Shown here piece after piece: positions 1 through 8,443 of a stretch of DNA of 64,000 bases (the first letter of the stretch is position 1; the number at the start of each line of letters is the position of its first letter). The stretch is from NCBI GenBank assembly GCA_020854815.1, contig JAHKLW010000029.1:21821-85820 (forward strand), given 5' to 3'. The stretch comes from Methanofastidiosum sp. GTDB taxonomy: Archaea; Methanobacteriota_B; Thermococci; Methanofastidiosales; Methanofastidiosaceae. Below the pieces are notes generated by a model. The model was not told the DNA's origin. It did no database searches and saw only the letters and a program-made list of their open reading frames with translations. Both the position numbers and the translations under genes were made by a program.

Positions 1-114
1 TGCCTTATAATTTTTAGGGTGTCTTATAATTTTTAGTTGTATTATTATATTTTAAAATATTAAACTAAAAAAACTGAGAGTTTTATTAAAAAATAAAGCT
101 AAAAACATATATAC

Positions 115-648
115 TTATTTTAATAATTTTACTTTTCTCATACCTGTTTCAAAAGCGTTTATATTTAAATCAAGCATTTTGGGCACGCTGTCTTTGATTG
201 ACTCCATCATGGCATCTTTTGAGATAAGATTACAGATCTCATTGAAAGCGCCGAGCATGACGATGTTTGCAACAATTTTAGTTCCAAGCTCGGATGCTAT
301 TCTTGTTGCATTTACTTCTGCAAGTTTGAAATCGCCTTCGATATTATGATCTGGTATAAGCTCTGGGTCATAAATAATAATGCCTTCTCTTTTTGTTCTT
401 GATGCATACTTAAAGAATGCTTCTTGGCTCATTATTATAGAAACTGATGCCGATTCAACTTTTGGGTAGTCAATCTCTTCATCAGAGACAACTACTTCAG
501 AACGTGTTGACCCACCTCTTGCCTCAGGCCCGTAAGATTGAGTCTGAACTGCATTAAAACCTTCAAAAACTGCTGCTTTGCCAACAATAACGCCAGATAG
601 AATTATCCCTTGACCGCCAAACCCGCTTATCCTTATACCTGCCTTCAT
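115..648 (-). CDS. 2-oxoacid:ferredoxin oxidoreductase, gamma subunit (POR/KOR/VOR family)
   Basis: 177-aa ORF with a glycine-rich 'ISGFGGQG' N-terminus typical of gamma subunits. It is the last gene of a delta-alpha-beta-gamma run on the minus strand and overlaps the beta subunit by 4 nt. Confidence 0.75.
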   Translation of the reverse strand: MKAGIRISGFGGQGIILSGVIVGKAAVFEGFNAVQTQSYGPEARGGSTRSEVVVSDEEIDYPKVESASVSIIMSQEAFFKYASRTKREGIIIYDPELIPDHNIEGDFKLAEVNATRIASELGTKIVANIVMLGAFNEICNLISKDAMMESIKDSVPKMLDLNINAFETGMRKVKLLK

Positions 649-1490
649 TTTAATTCTCCGCAGAATTTATTATACTTGGTGTTAAAGTCCTCTTTTTCAA
701 TATCTACAAGTTCTCCAATTACCATTTTATCGGTAGTTTTTCCCTCAGCCAACATTTTTTCATAAATCTTAATATTGATAGTTGACTCCTTGAAATGTTT
801 TGTCATATCAAGAGTCGTCCCCATCTTGTTTAGTCTTCCATATGAAGTCGGGCATGGGGATAAAACTTCAACGAAAGAGAATCCAGTTTTTTGAAGGGCT
901 TTTTTGATTGAACTGATGCATTGAACGGGGTGCGCTGTGGTCCATCTGGCAACATAGGGGGCTCCTATGACCTTTGCCATCATTGAAAGATCTATTGGGT
1001 ATTCTATGTTTCCATATGGGGTTGTTGTTGTCTTTGATTTCAGAGGCGTTGTGGGTGCGACTTGACCCCCGGTCATGCCGTAGATGAAGTTATTGATGGA
1101 AATCACAGTAATATCGACATTCCTCCTAATTGCATGGAGAAAATGATTCCCCCCTATGGCGCCGCAATCCCCATCGCCAGTGAATACTATGACTTTTAGT
1201 TCTGGGTTTGCAAGCTTTACACCTGTAGCGTAAGGTATTGCCCTTCCGTGCAAAGAGTGAAGGCCGTCAGAATAGATGTACCCAGGCACACGGGATGAGC
1301 ATCCTATGCCGGATACAAAAACAGTCTTATTCATATCAATATTCAGGTCATGAATCGCACGAAGGGAAAAGTTCATTACACTTCCAATTCCGCAACCGGT
1401 GCAGAATATTGTAGGAAGCATGTCCTTCCTGAGGTACTTCTCTATGACTATATCATTTGAAATAAATGCCAATTTATTCCTCCTCCTCAA
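645..1490 (-). CDS. 2-oxoacid:ferredoxin oxidoreductase, beta subunit (TPP-binding)
   Basis: 281 aa. Contains the TPP-binding 'GDGD...IGGNH' motif and the N-terminal Cys cluster 'CTGCGIGS'. Overlaps the alpha-subunit ORF. Confidence 0.85.
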   Translation of the reverse strand: MRRRNKLAFISNDIVIEKYLRKDMLPTIFCTGCGIGSVMNFSLRAIHDLNIDMNKTVFVSGIGCSSRVPGYIYSDGLHSLHGRAIPYATGVKLANPELKVIVFTGDGDCGAIGGNHFLHAIRRNVDITVISINNFIYGMTGGQVAPTTPLKSKTTTTPYGNIEYPIDLSMMAKVIGAPYVARWTTAHPVQCISSIKKALQKTGFSFVEVLSPCPTSYGRLNKMGTTLDMTKHFKESTINIKIYEKMLAEGKTTDKMVIGELVDIEKEDFNTKYNKFCGELK

Positions 1491-2667
1491 TGAATTTCAG
1501 TATCTCGTATGGAGTATGAATTGCACCACCAATCTTTGGTGCAGATATAACTCTAATATCCTTTCCAACAGCTTCTCTGATTGGATGGATCATCTGTCCA
1601 AGATTCATCTCAGGCACAATTATCGTGTGGGCATTTCTCAAAAGCTCTTTCATCTTTTGATAATGGAAGGGCCATATTGTTATAAGCCTGATATGCCCAA
1701 CTTTTATTCCGTTCTTTCTAGCCTTCTTGACAGCACTGGCCGCGGGTCTCGAAGTTGTGCCGTAAGAAATTACTATGATTTCGGCATCTTCAAGAAAATG
1801 GTCTTCATGATACCAGATAATATCCATATCGTCCTCTACCTTTTCAATCAGTCTTCTGACAAGCTCTTCGTGTACATCGGCCGATGTGGTAACAGGAAAA
1901 CCTCTCTTATCGTGCGTTAGCCCTGTGACATATGTTCTATAACCAGAGCCAAATGGCGCAAATTCAGGGACTTTTGATGATCTAGTAAATCCTGTCCTGT
2001 ACGGCCTATATTTATCAGGCCCTATTGTGGCAGGGACTCTCTCATCAACCTTAACTTTTGTGATTTCAGGCAACACAACTTTTTCCCTCATGTGTCCGAT
2101 TTCTGCATCCAATAGCAGAATTACTGGAACCCTATAGTCCTCAGAGAGATTGAATGCTTCAATTGTCAGATCAAGAGTTTCTTGGACAGATTTTGGTGCA
2201 AGTGCAATTAACTGGTGGTCACCGTGTGTACCCCACATTGCCTGCATCACATCACCCTGGGCAGCTTCTGTAGGTTGTCCTGTACTTGGGCCTCCTCTCT
2301 GTACATTTACAATGACACACGGTATCTCTGCCATGCATGCATACCCTATGCACTCCTGCATCAGTGAAAATCCAGGTCCGCTTGTTGCAGTCATGGATTT
2401 CACACCTGTGCAAGACGCCCCGATCACGGCAGCAATACTTGCTATCTCATCTTCCATCTGGACATAAACTCCACCAAGTCTTGGCATCCATAGTGCCATG
2501 CCTTCGGCAACTTCAGTGGCCGGTGTGATAGGGTAGCCTGCAAAGAATCTACAGTCAGCTATTAATGCGCCGTAGACAGCTGCTTCGTCACCCTGTATGA
2601 AAAGATTTTTTTTACCTAAAAGCCTAATAACATCATTTGTCATTTTTATCCTCCACAATAATTGCAA
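1474..2667 (-). CDS. 2-oxoacid:ferredoxin oxidoreductase, alpha subunit
   Basis: 397 aa with typical alpha-subunit length and sequence ('GYPITPATE', 'GGPSTGQPT'). Lies between the delta and beta subunit genes. Confidence 0.85.
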   Translation of the reverse strand: MQLLWRIKMTNDVIRLLGKKNLFIQGDEAAVYGALIADCRFFAGYPITPATEVAEGMALWMPRLGGVYVQMEDEIASIAAVIGASCTGVKSMTATSGPGFSLMQECIGYACMAEIPCVIVNVQRGGPSTGQPTEAAQGDVMQAMWGTHGDHQLIALAPKSVQETLDLTIEAFNLSEDYRVPVILLLDAEIGHMREKVVLPEITKVKVDERVPATIGPDKYRPYRTGFTRSSKVPEFAPFGSGYRTYVTGLTHDKRGFPVTTSADVHEELVRRLIEKVEDDMDIIWYHEDHFLEDAEIIVISYGTTSRPAASAVKKARKNGIKVGHIRLITIWPFHYQKMKELLRNAHTIIVPEMNLGQMIHPIREAVGKDIRVISAPKIGGAIHTPYEILKFIEEEE

Positions 2668-2842
2668 AGTCAGGGCACATCAATTCGCATAAGTGGCATC
2701 TAATACAATTTTCAGGAAACTTCACTTCAGGAGGAAATACTCCCTTTTTGCTCAGTTTTTCAGATTTAACGTAAACTTTTTTTGGACAATATTCCACACA
2801 CAAAAGACACCCTTTGCAGTAGTTTGTGTTGACATGAATCAA
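2633..2842 (-). CDS. 2-oxoacid:ferredoxin oxidoreductase, delta subunit (2x[4Fe-4S] ferredoxin)
   Basis: 69 aa with two CxxCxxCxxxCP motifs ('CKGCLLCVEYCP', 'CIRCHLCELMCP'). It is the first gene of the four-gene oxidoreductase operon. Confidence 0.8.
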   Translation of the reverse strand: MIHVNTNYCKGCLLCVEYCPKKVYVKSEKLSKKGVFPPEVKFPENCIRCHLCELMCPDFAIIVEDKNDK

Positions 2843-2960
2843 GAAATCACCATAATAATGTAGAAAAGAAATTTAAATCTTTTATAAACTTTATCATTAA
2901 AATGATTATTTCAACTTAAGCAAGAAAAATAATAGAGCATTTGTCCAATAAATGCTACTT

Positions 2961-4181
2961 TTATCGGCCATATTCAATATGCGCCTTTGCCAAATGTCTT
3001 GCTGAAAGTGCCCCTAGGAGGGATATCTCACCAGCTAAAACTGTTGCAGCACATATCTCTGAGAATGCTTTTGAGTTATCACCGCTATTTTTTCCGCCAC
3101 CCGAAATCCCAAGTATATTGAGTGCTTCTTTTTGTGTTTCAATTTTAGTCCCGCCGCCGACAGTTGCAACTTCAAGCGATGGTAGTGTGACTGCAAAGTA
3201 GACACCTTTTTTATCCTCTTCAACTGTTGTAAATCCCTGGCTCCCTTCAACTACCTGGGCAATGTCTTGGCCTGTGGCCAAAAAGATTGCAGCGATCATA
3301 TTTGCAAAATGGGAATTGAATCCGTATGACCCCGCCTGGGCCGAACCAAGCAGATTCTTTCTATAGTTTACATCAATTAGAGTGCTTGCGTCGGTCTTTA
3401 GTTTATCCTGGACTATCTCTAGGGGTATCACGACTTCAGCGGTAATGCTTTTGCCCCTACCTTCAATAAGATTAATTGCAGAAGATTTTTTATCTGTGCA
3501 GAGATTGCCTGAGAGTGAAACGCATTTGACCTCTGGAAACTTATCCTCAATCATTTTTAATGCGGCGTCAGTTCCTATCGTTACCCCGTTCATGCCCATG
3601 GAGTCGCCTGTATCATAGACAAATCGCAAGAAGAGGTTTCTACCCACAAGATATGGGATTATCTTCTGAAGCTTTCTAAATCGTGAGTCTTTTTCAGCTT
3701 CCTTTTTAATTTTATCAAAATTGTTATCAATGAATTCAGTTATTTTGTAATAATCCCTTGAAGATGCGAGTCTTATAACTGGCGCCCTTGTCATTCCATT
3801 TCTAAATATTGTTGTTATCGCTCCACCTGATGCAGTAATAACTGAGGCCCCTCTATTTGTACTTGCAAGAAGTGCCCCTTCTGATGTTGCCATGGGAACA
3901 TAAAAATCACCTTTTGCATAATTTCCATTGACTCTTAGAGGCCCTATGACACCCATTGGAACCTGCACCGCACCAATCATATTCTCTATGTTCTTACCAA
4001 ATAGATTATCTGGATCAAGAGAGTATCTGCCTATGTAATCCAGAGTAACGTTCTTTATTTTCTGGATTGCCTCTCTTCTTATCTCAACTGCTTCCTTGGG
4101 AGTTTTGGTAAACTTTTCAATTTGGTATATTTTTATCTCGCCACTGAGTACCTTATTCAAAATCTCTTCTTTTTCCATCAT
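2961..4181 (-). CDS. hmgA: 3-hydroxy-3-methylglutaryl-CoA reductase (class I, archaeal type)
   Basis: 406 aa. Carries the hallmark 'DTGDSMGMNG' motif and 'ATVLAGEISLLGAL', with the length expected for archaeal HMGR. Confidence 0.9.
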   Translation of the reverse strand: MMEKEEILNKVLSGEIKIYQIEKFTKTPKEAVEIRREAIQKIKNVTLDYIGRYSLDPDNLFGKNIENMIGAVQVPMGVIGPLRVNGNYAKGDFYVPMATSEGALLASTNRGASVITASGGAITTIFRNGMTRAPVIRLASSRDYYKITEFIDNNFDKIKKEAEKDSRFRKLQKIIPYLVGRNLFLRFVYDTGDSMGMNGVTIGTDAALKMIEDKFPEVKCVSLSGNLCTDKKSSAINLIEGRGKSITAEVVIPLEIVQDKLKTDASTLIDVNYRKNLLGSAQAGSYGFNSHFANMIAAIFLATGQDIAQVVEGSQGFTTVEEDKKGVYFAVTLPSLEVATVGGGTKIETQKEALNILGISGGGKNSGDNSKAFSEICAATVLAGEISLLGALSARHLAKAHIEYGR

Positions 4182-4187
4182 ATCCTC

Positions 4188-4613
4188 TCATGGGTGGGCG
4201 TACTCAACTATTGGCCTAAACTTGTAGCCATAACATATTATCCCGTTATCGTTATATTCCATTATCTTCCTTGTTACCATTTCAACTTCCATGCCAATCT
4301 CAAGCTCTTCTGCCCTGGCATCAGTTATCTGGGCAGTAATGATAGGCCCTTCCATGAGCTCTATTAGTGCCACCGCAAATGGAAGATTATACTTGTGTTC
4401 CTTTGGGGGACTGTTTATATTTGTGAAAGAGACAATCTTACCTCTCCCAATGAACTGATAATTTTCAGAGTTTCTGCTTCTGCACTTAGGACAAACAACC
4501 CTGTAAGGAAACGATAGTATTTTGCAATCCTTACATTTTGAGCCTACGAGCCTATACCGTCTAACTTGTTCTCTCCAGTGCCTTGGAACGTCCATCTTAA
4601 TCACCCCTCTCAA
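4188..4613 (-). CDS. DUF35 OB-fold/Zn-ribbon protein (scaffold of the archaeal thiolase/HMG-CoA synthase complex)
   Basis: 141 aa. Has a CxxC...CxxC rubredoxin-like Zn ribbon ('CKDCKILSFPYRVVCPKC') followed by an OB-fold-like region. Sits immediately downstream of the thiolase gene in the conserved trio arrangement; the real start is probably the internal 'MDVPRHW'. Confidence 0.7.
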   Translation of the reverse strand: MRGVIKMDVPRHWREQVRRYRLVGSKCKDCKILSFPYRVVCPKCRSRNSENYQFIGRGKIVSFTNINSPPKEHKYNLPFAVALIELMEGPIITAQITDARAEELEIGMEVEMVTRKIMEYNDNGIICYGYKFRPIVEYAHP

Positions 4614-5745
4614 GTACGCATACAGATATTGTGGCTCCGCTGCCGCCTATGTTTTCAGCCAATCCTCTTTCGGCGTCAACTCGACCATCACCTCTAAGGC
4701 TATAAACAAGCTCCCCTATCTGGTATACGCCTGTTGCACCGACAGGATGCCCTCTTGCCTTAAGACCGCCGTAGAGATTTATAGGAAGCTCTCCTCCAAT
4801 ATAATTCTGGCCTTCTAACGCCATTTTTGTACCCTGCCCTTTCTTTGCAAATCCCATATCTTCTAATGATAGGGCGCTCATAATAGAAAACGCGTCATGA
4901 ATCTCAGCTATATCGATATCCTTGGGTGTAACGCCCGCCATTTTGTAGGCCTTCTTACTAGCATTGACCGCTGCTGAAAGGGTGGTCATATATTTTCTGT
5001 CGTGAACTCCTAGTGTGTCAGTGGCAAGTCCAAGCCCTGAAACAATGATTGGAGTATCTGTAAATTCTCTGGCCTTTTTCTCAGAGCAAAGAATCACTGA
5101 AGCTGCACCATCACAAATCGGGGCGCAGTCCATAAGTGTAAGGGGATCCGCTATTGTAGGAGAATTAATAACTGCCTCAAGGGATATTTCCTTTCTGTAC
5201 ATGGCATGCTTGCTGAAAGGTGCGTTCTTGTGAGATATTACAGGAAATATTGAAAGCTCTTCTCTTTTCACATTGAACTCGTGCATGTAGCGCCTCATAA
5301 CTAGAGCGTTTAGTGCTACAAAAGAAACACCGTGAAACGCCTCGTAGTCTCTGTCTGATGCATTGGCAAGAATTGAAGTAGTTTTTGATGGAAGAACATC
5401 TGTCATCTTTTCAACGCCAGTCACAAGAACATAATCATACATTCCTGACTTTACACCCATGTAGCCTTCAATGAAAGCGGCTCCTCCTGACCCACATGCA
5501 GCTTCAACTTTTACAGCAGGTATTGGGCCAAGCCCAGCGAAATCTGCTATCAATGCGCCAAGGTGCTCCTGTTCTATGAAAGGTCCAGATGACATGTTTC
5601 CAACATAAAGTGCATCTACTTTGTCTATACCACTGTCTTCAAATGCCATCCATATAGACTCTATTGCAAGATCCCTCAAGGATTTTTCCCAGTGCTCTCC
5701 AACTTTTCCAAGCCCAACTCCAATTACGGCAACATTATCGTCCAT
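4597..5745 (-). CDS. acetyl-CoA C-acetyltransferase (archaeal thiolase)
   Basis: 382 aa thiolase-fold protein ('VKVEAACGSGGAAF', 'GHPVGATG'). Located between the HMG-CoA synthase and DUF35 genes. Confidence 0.8.
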   Translation of the reverse strand: MDDNVAVIGVGLGKVGEHWEKSLRDLAIESIWMAFEDSGIDKVDALYVGNMSSGPFIEQEHLGALIADFAGLGPIPAVKVEAACGSGGAAFIEGYMGVKSGMYDYVLVTGVEKMTDVLPSKTTSILANASDRDYEAFHGVSFVALNALVMRRYMHEFNVKREELSIFPVISHKNAPFSKHAMYRKEISLEAVINSPTIADPLTLMDCAPICDGAASVILCSEKKAREFTDTPIIVSGLGLATDTLGVHDRKYMTTLSAAVNASKKAYKMAGVTPKDIDIAEIHDAFSIMSALSLEDMGFAKKGQGTKMALEGQNYIGGELPINLYGGLKARGHPVGATGVYQIGELVYSLRGDGRVDAERGLAENIGGSGATISVCVLERGD

Positions 5746-5749
5746 TTGC

Positions 5750-6793
5750 TCACATCCTTATCTTCTTTCTATACCTTGCATAATGTGCATAGTCGATCTC
5801 TTCCCTTCTTTCAATATAGGATTTAACTGAAGGGGCCTTAACTTTCCTATCGGCAAGTTTATCTGTGACTTCAAGAGAAAATGAATCGCTTCCAGCCCCA
5901 GACCCATAAGATGTGCAAAAAATCTTATCGCCTGCTTTGGCTGTATCAAGAACAGCAGCCAGTCCCAAAAGCGCAGAGCCGGCATAGGTGTTACCTATAT
6001 AGGGTGAAATCAGACCGTCAAGGACCTTTTCCTTTGGGAATCCAAGTATCTTTGCAGCTTGCAGCGGAAACTTCCTGTTTGGCTGATGGAATATTGCATA
6101 ATCATAATCGTCTGGTTTTGTCCCAAGTTCCTCCATAAGCGCCTTTGAGCAACTTATAACATGTTTAAAGTATGAAGGTTCCCCTGTGAACCTGTTTCCA
6201 TGCTTTGGGTAATGCTCATGCTGCCTCCTCCAGAAATCAGGCGTATCTGTAACATAGGATAGCGAACCATCAATGACAGCTAAGCTTTCTTTTGCGCTAC
6301 CTATAATATATCCGGCTCCGCCTGCGGCGGCTGTGTATTCAAGGGCATCACTTGGAGCCCCTTGAGCAGTGTCAACTCCTATACCGAGAGCGTACTTTGC
6401 CATGTCTGAGCCAACATAGGCTATGCATGCCTGGACTGTTTCACTTCCCGCCTTACATGCAAACTCCCAGTCGGCAGCGTTGACAAGTGGCGTTGCTGCA
6501 ATAGCTTCTGCTACTATTGTAGAAGTCGGTTTTACGGCGTATGGTTTAGATTCAGTACCAACCCAAACAGCCTTCAAATCTTGTGGATCAATTTCCGCCC
6601 TCATTAAGGCATTTCTAGCTATTTCGATGGCTATTGTGACAGAATCTTCATCAGCGCCTGGCACTGATTTTTCTCTTATTGGTACAAGATTTGGGTCGTT
6701 TCCCCATACTCTTGCAATTTCCGTGTTCTGTATCCTATATTTTGGAACATAAGCACCATAACCTACAATACCTACAGATTTACTAGGTTTCAT
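5750..6793 (-). CDS. hydroxymethylglutaryl-CoA synthase (archaeal type)
   Basis: 347 aa FabH-like condensing enzyme. Has catalytic Cys in '[13 protein letters not shown]' and a His in 'AIFHQPN'. Forms an operon with the thiolase, DUF35 and HMGR genes. Confidence 0.8.
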   Translation of the reverse strand: MKPSKSVGIVGYGAYVPKYRIQNTEIARVWGNDPNLVPIREKSVPGADEDSVTIAIEIARNALMRAEIDPQDLKAVWVGTESKPYAVKPTSTIVAEAIAATPLVNAADWEFACKAGSETVQACIAYVGSDMAKYALGIGVDTAQGAPSDALEYTAAAGGAGYIIGSAKESLAVIDGSLSYVTDTPDFWRRQHEHYPKHGNRFTGEPSYFKHVISCSKALMEELGTKPDDYDYAIFHQPNRKFPLQAAKILGFPKEKVLDGLISPYIGNTYAGSALLGLAAVLDTAKAGDKIFCTSYGSGAGSDSFSLEVTDKLADRKVKAPSVKSYIERREEIDYAHYARYRKKIRM

Positions 6794-6923
6794 TAAATTC
6801 CTCCTCCAACAAACACCGAGCTACTACAGATAAAAGAGATATAATTGGTATGATATAATAGATGGAAAATAAAATATATATAAATATTTCGGTATTAGTG
6901 AAATATTCTATCGGCAAGAAACG

Positions 6924-8441
6924 TTATTTTATTATTTCCTTTATGTATATTGACTTTTCCTTGTTTAAATCAATCTTGATCTTGTCGAGGTCGATCTTAC
7001 CGATGAGGTTTGTGCCGTCAAACTCCTCGCCTGTCGGCCCGTAAGCCTTGTCTTCCTTTAATCTGACCCCTATTAGGCCCTTGTGCTGCCTAGACATGTT
7101 TGTGACGCCAACATCCCCCCTATTTGACAGGCCGGTAGGTGTATTTTCAGGAGTGAGCCCGCCAGCTTCAACAGTGCCACCTTCAAATGCGACAAGCGAC
7201 ACAGTTGGATGCGCAAATTGAATGTCTAGTTTACCGATAGGTTTGTTGATAAGGCCTGTTATCTTCCTGAAGTATTTTACCGTGTTTGGAGCCTTGTCTT
7301 CGTATAGCTCAATTTCAATAATGTTATTTTTATTGATACCTAGAGTTTTTGCAGCTTTATTTTTTAAGACTTCAGCGGCATATGGGGGTTCCTGCTCAAC
7401 TATAATTGCCTCATCAGATGTGTCTCCTGTTCTTTCCACTTTGATGCCTTCTGCCTTTAGTCTAGATTCGGCTTCTTTTTGTGTGAGTCCAAGAAGTGAG
7501 AGGCTTTGAGGAGAAGTTTTAACTGCGAGTTTATCTCCTTTTTTTAACATCTCGATTAGCTCAGACCCCGAAGTAATCATGCCACTAACTGAGTGATTAG
7601 GTGTTGTGATTCTTTCCTTTTTGTATATGTATACAGCTCCAGTGTTTTTCCCTTCAGTCCTAACTGATACTGCATTCTTCTTTCTTAGGTTAGAATTCTC
7701 ATTTTCAACGTCAAATCCTTTCAATCCCTCTGAAAGGATATATGATTCAGTTACATCGTCGATGCCTATCTCGCCACTCTTAGTAAGTGAGAATATGTGC
7801 TCCATTGCCATTGGAGCATTTTGATTAAGTTCGATTAAAGCATGGGTAAATATCTTTTCCCCGCCCTTTAGATTATATGAAAGGTCTTTTATAGTTTCGA
7901 AGTCTTTTTCAACTGTAAAGACTTCAACAGGCTCAATTGATATTATCTCATCTCCCTCTTCTATCAATGGCAAAACATACCTGCCCTGAGTAATTTTTCC
8001 AAGGGGATTTTTGGTTCCATAAGATCCCTTCTGTATCTTTTTAGAGAGTACAAGGTATGTTGTATTGTTGTCAAACCCCGCAAGTGTGAAAAAAACGTCC
8101 CAAGGATTATAGGTTTGTTCTTCTTTTACAGGAGTTAGAGTTGTAGGAACTGAGCCTATTGCAATAAGAGTTGAAGTCTTCCATCTGACGTTCTTCTTTT
8201 CAAACTGTTTTGATATTTTCCTGAAGAGCTTTCCTTCGATAGAATCTTTAATCTTGATGACAAATGAGCCTTTGTTTGTTGTAACGAGAAATTCATCAAG
8301 GTAGGAGGACGTCTCAGTCTCCTTCTTGATTATCCCAATTGTAGTCCCTTTTTTGTAAGTAATATTATTATCTGAGAAAATTTCATTTAACGTTGCCCCA
8401 TCTTTTGCCTGAATTTTATTGCCATCGATTTCAACCTGCAT
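6924..8441 (-). CDS. conserved hypothetical protein (505 aa; beta-grasp-like N-terminus; possibly UPF0288/methanogen-marker-3-like)
   Basis: Long clean ORF with no internal stops, directly upstream of and co-oriented with the mevalonate operon. The N-terminus ('MQVEIDGNKIQAKDGATLNEI') resembles ThiS/MoaD-like proteins. The family assignment is from memory only. Confidence 0.4.
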   Translation of the reverse strand: MQVEIDGNKIQAKDGATLNEIFSDNNITYKKGTTIGIIKKETETSSYLDEFLVTTNKGSFVIKIKDSIEGKLFRKISKQFEKKNVRWKTSTLIAIGSVPTTLTPVKEEQTYNPWDVFFTLAGFDNNTTYLVLSKKIQKGSYGTKNPLGKITQGRYVLPLIEEGDEIISIEPVEVFTVEKDFETIKDLSYNLKGGEKIFTHALIELNQNAPMAMEHIFSLTKSGEIGIDDVTESYILSEGLKGFDVENENSNLRKKNAVSVRTEGKNTGAVYIYKKERITTPNHSVSGMITSGSELIEMLKKGDKLAVKTSPQSLSLLGLTQKEAESRLKAEGIKVERTGDTSDEAIIVEQEPPYAAEVLKNKAAKTLGINKNNIIEIELYEDKAPNTVKYFRKITGLINKPIGKLDIQFAHPTVSLVAFEGGTVEAGGLTPENTPTGLSNRGDVGVTNMSRQHKGLIGVRLKEDKAYGPTGEEFDGTNLIGKIDLDKIKIDLNKEKSIYIKEIIK

Positions 8442-8443
8442 GA

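Noticed and set aside
1-114. Short tandem duplication 'cttataatttttag' x2 at the left window edge
   Set aside because: It is only 14 bp x 2 in AT-rich DNA at the 3' flank of the gamma-subunit gene. It is probably part of a T-rich terminator region and too short to call a repeat element.
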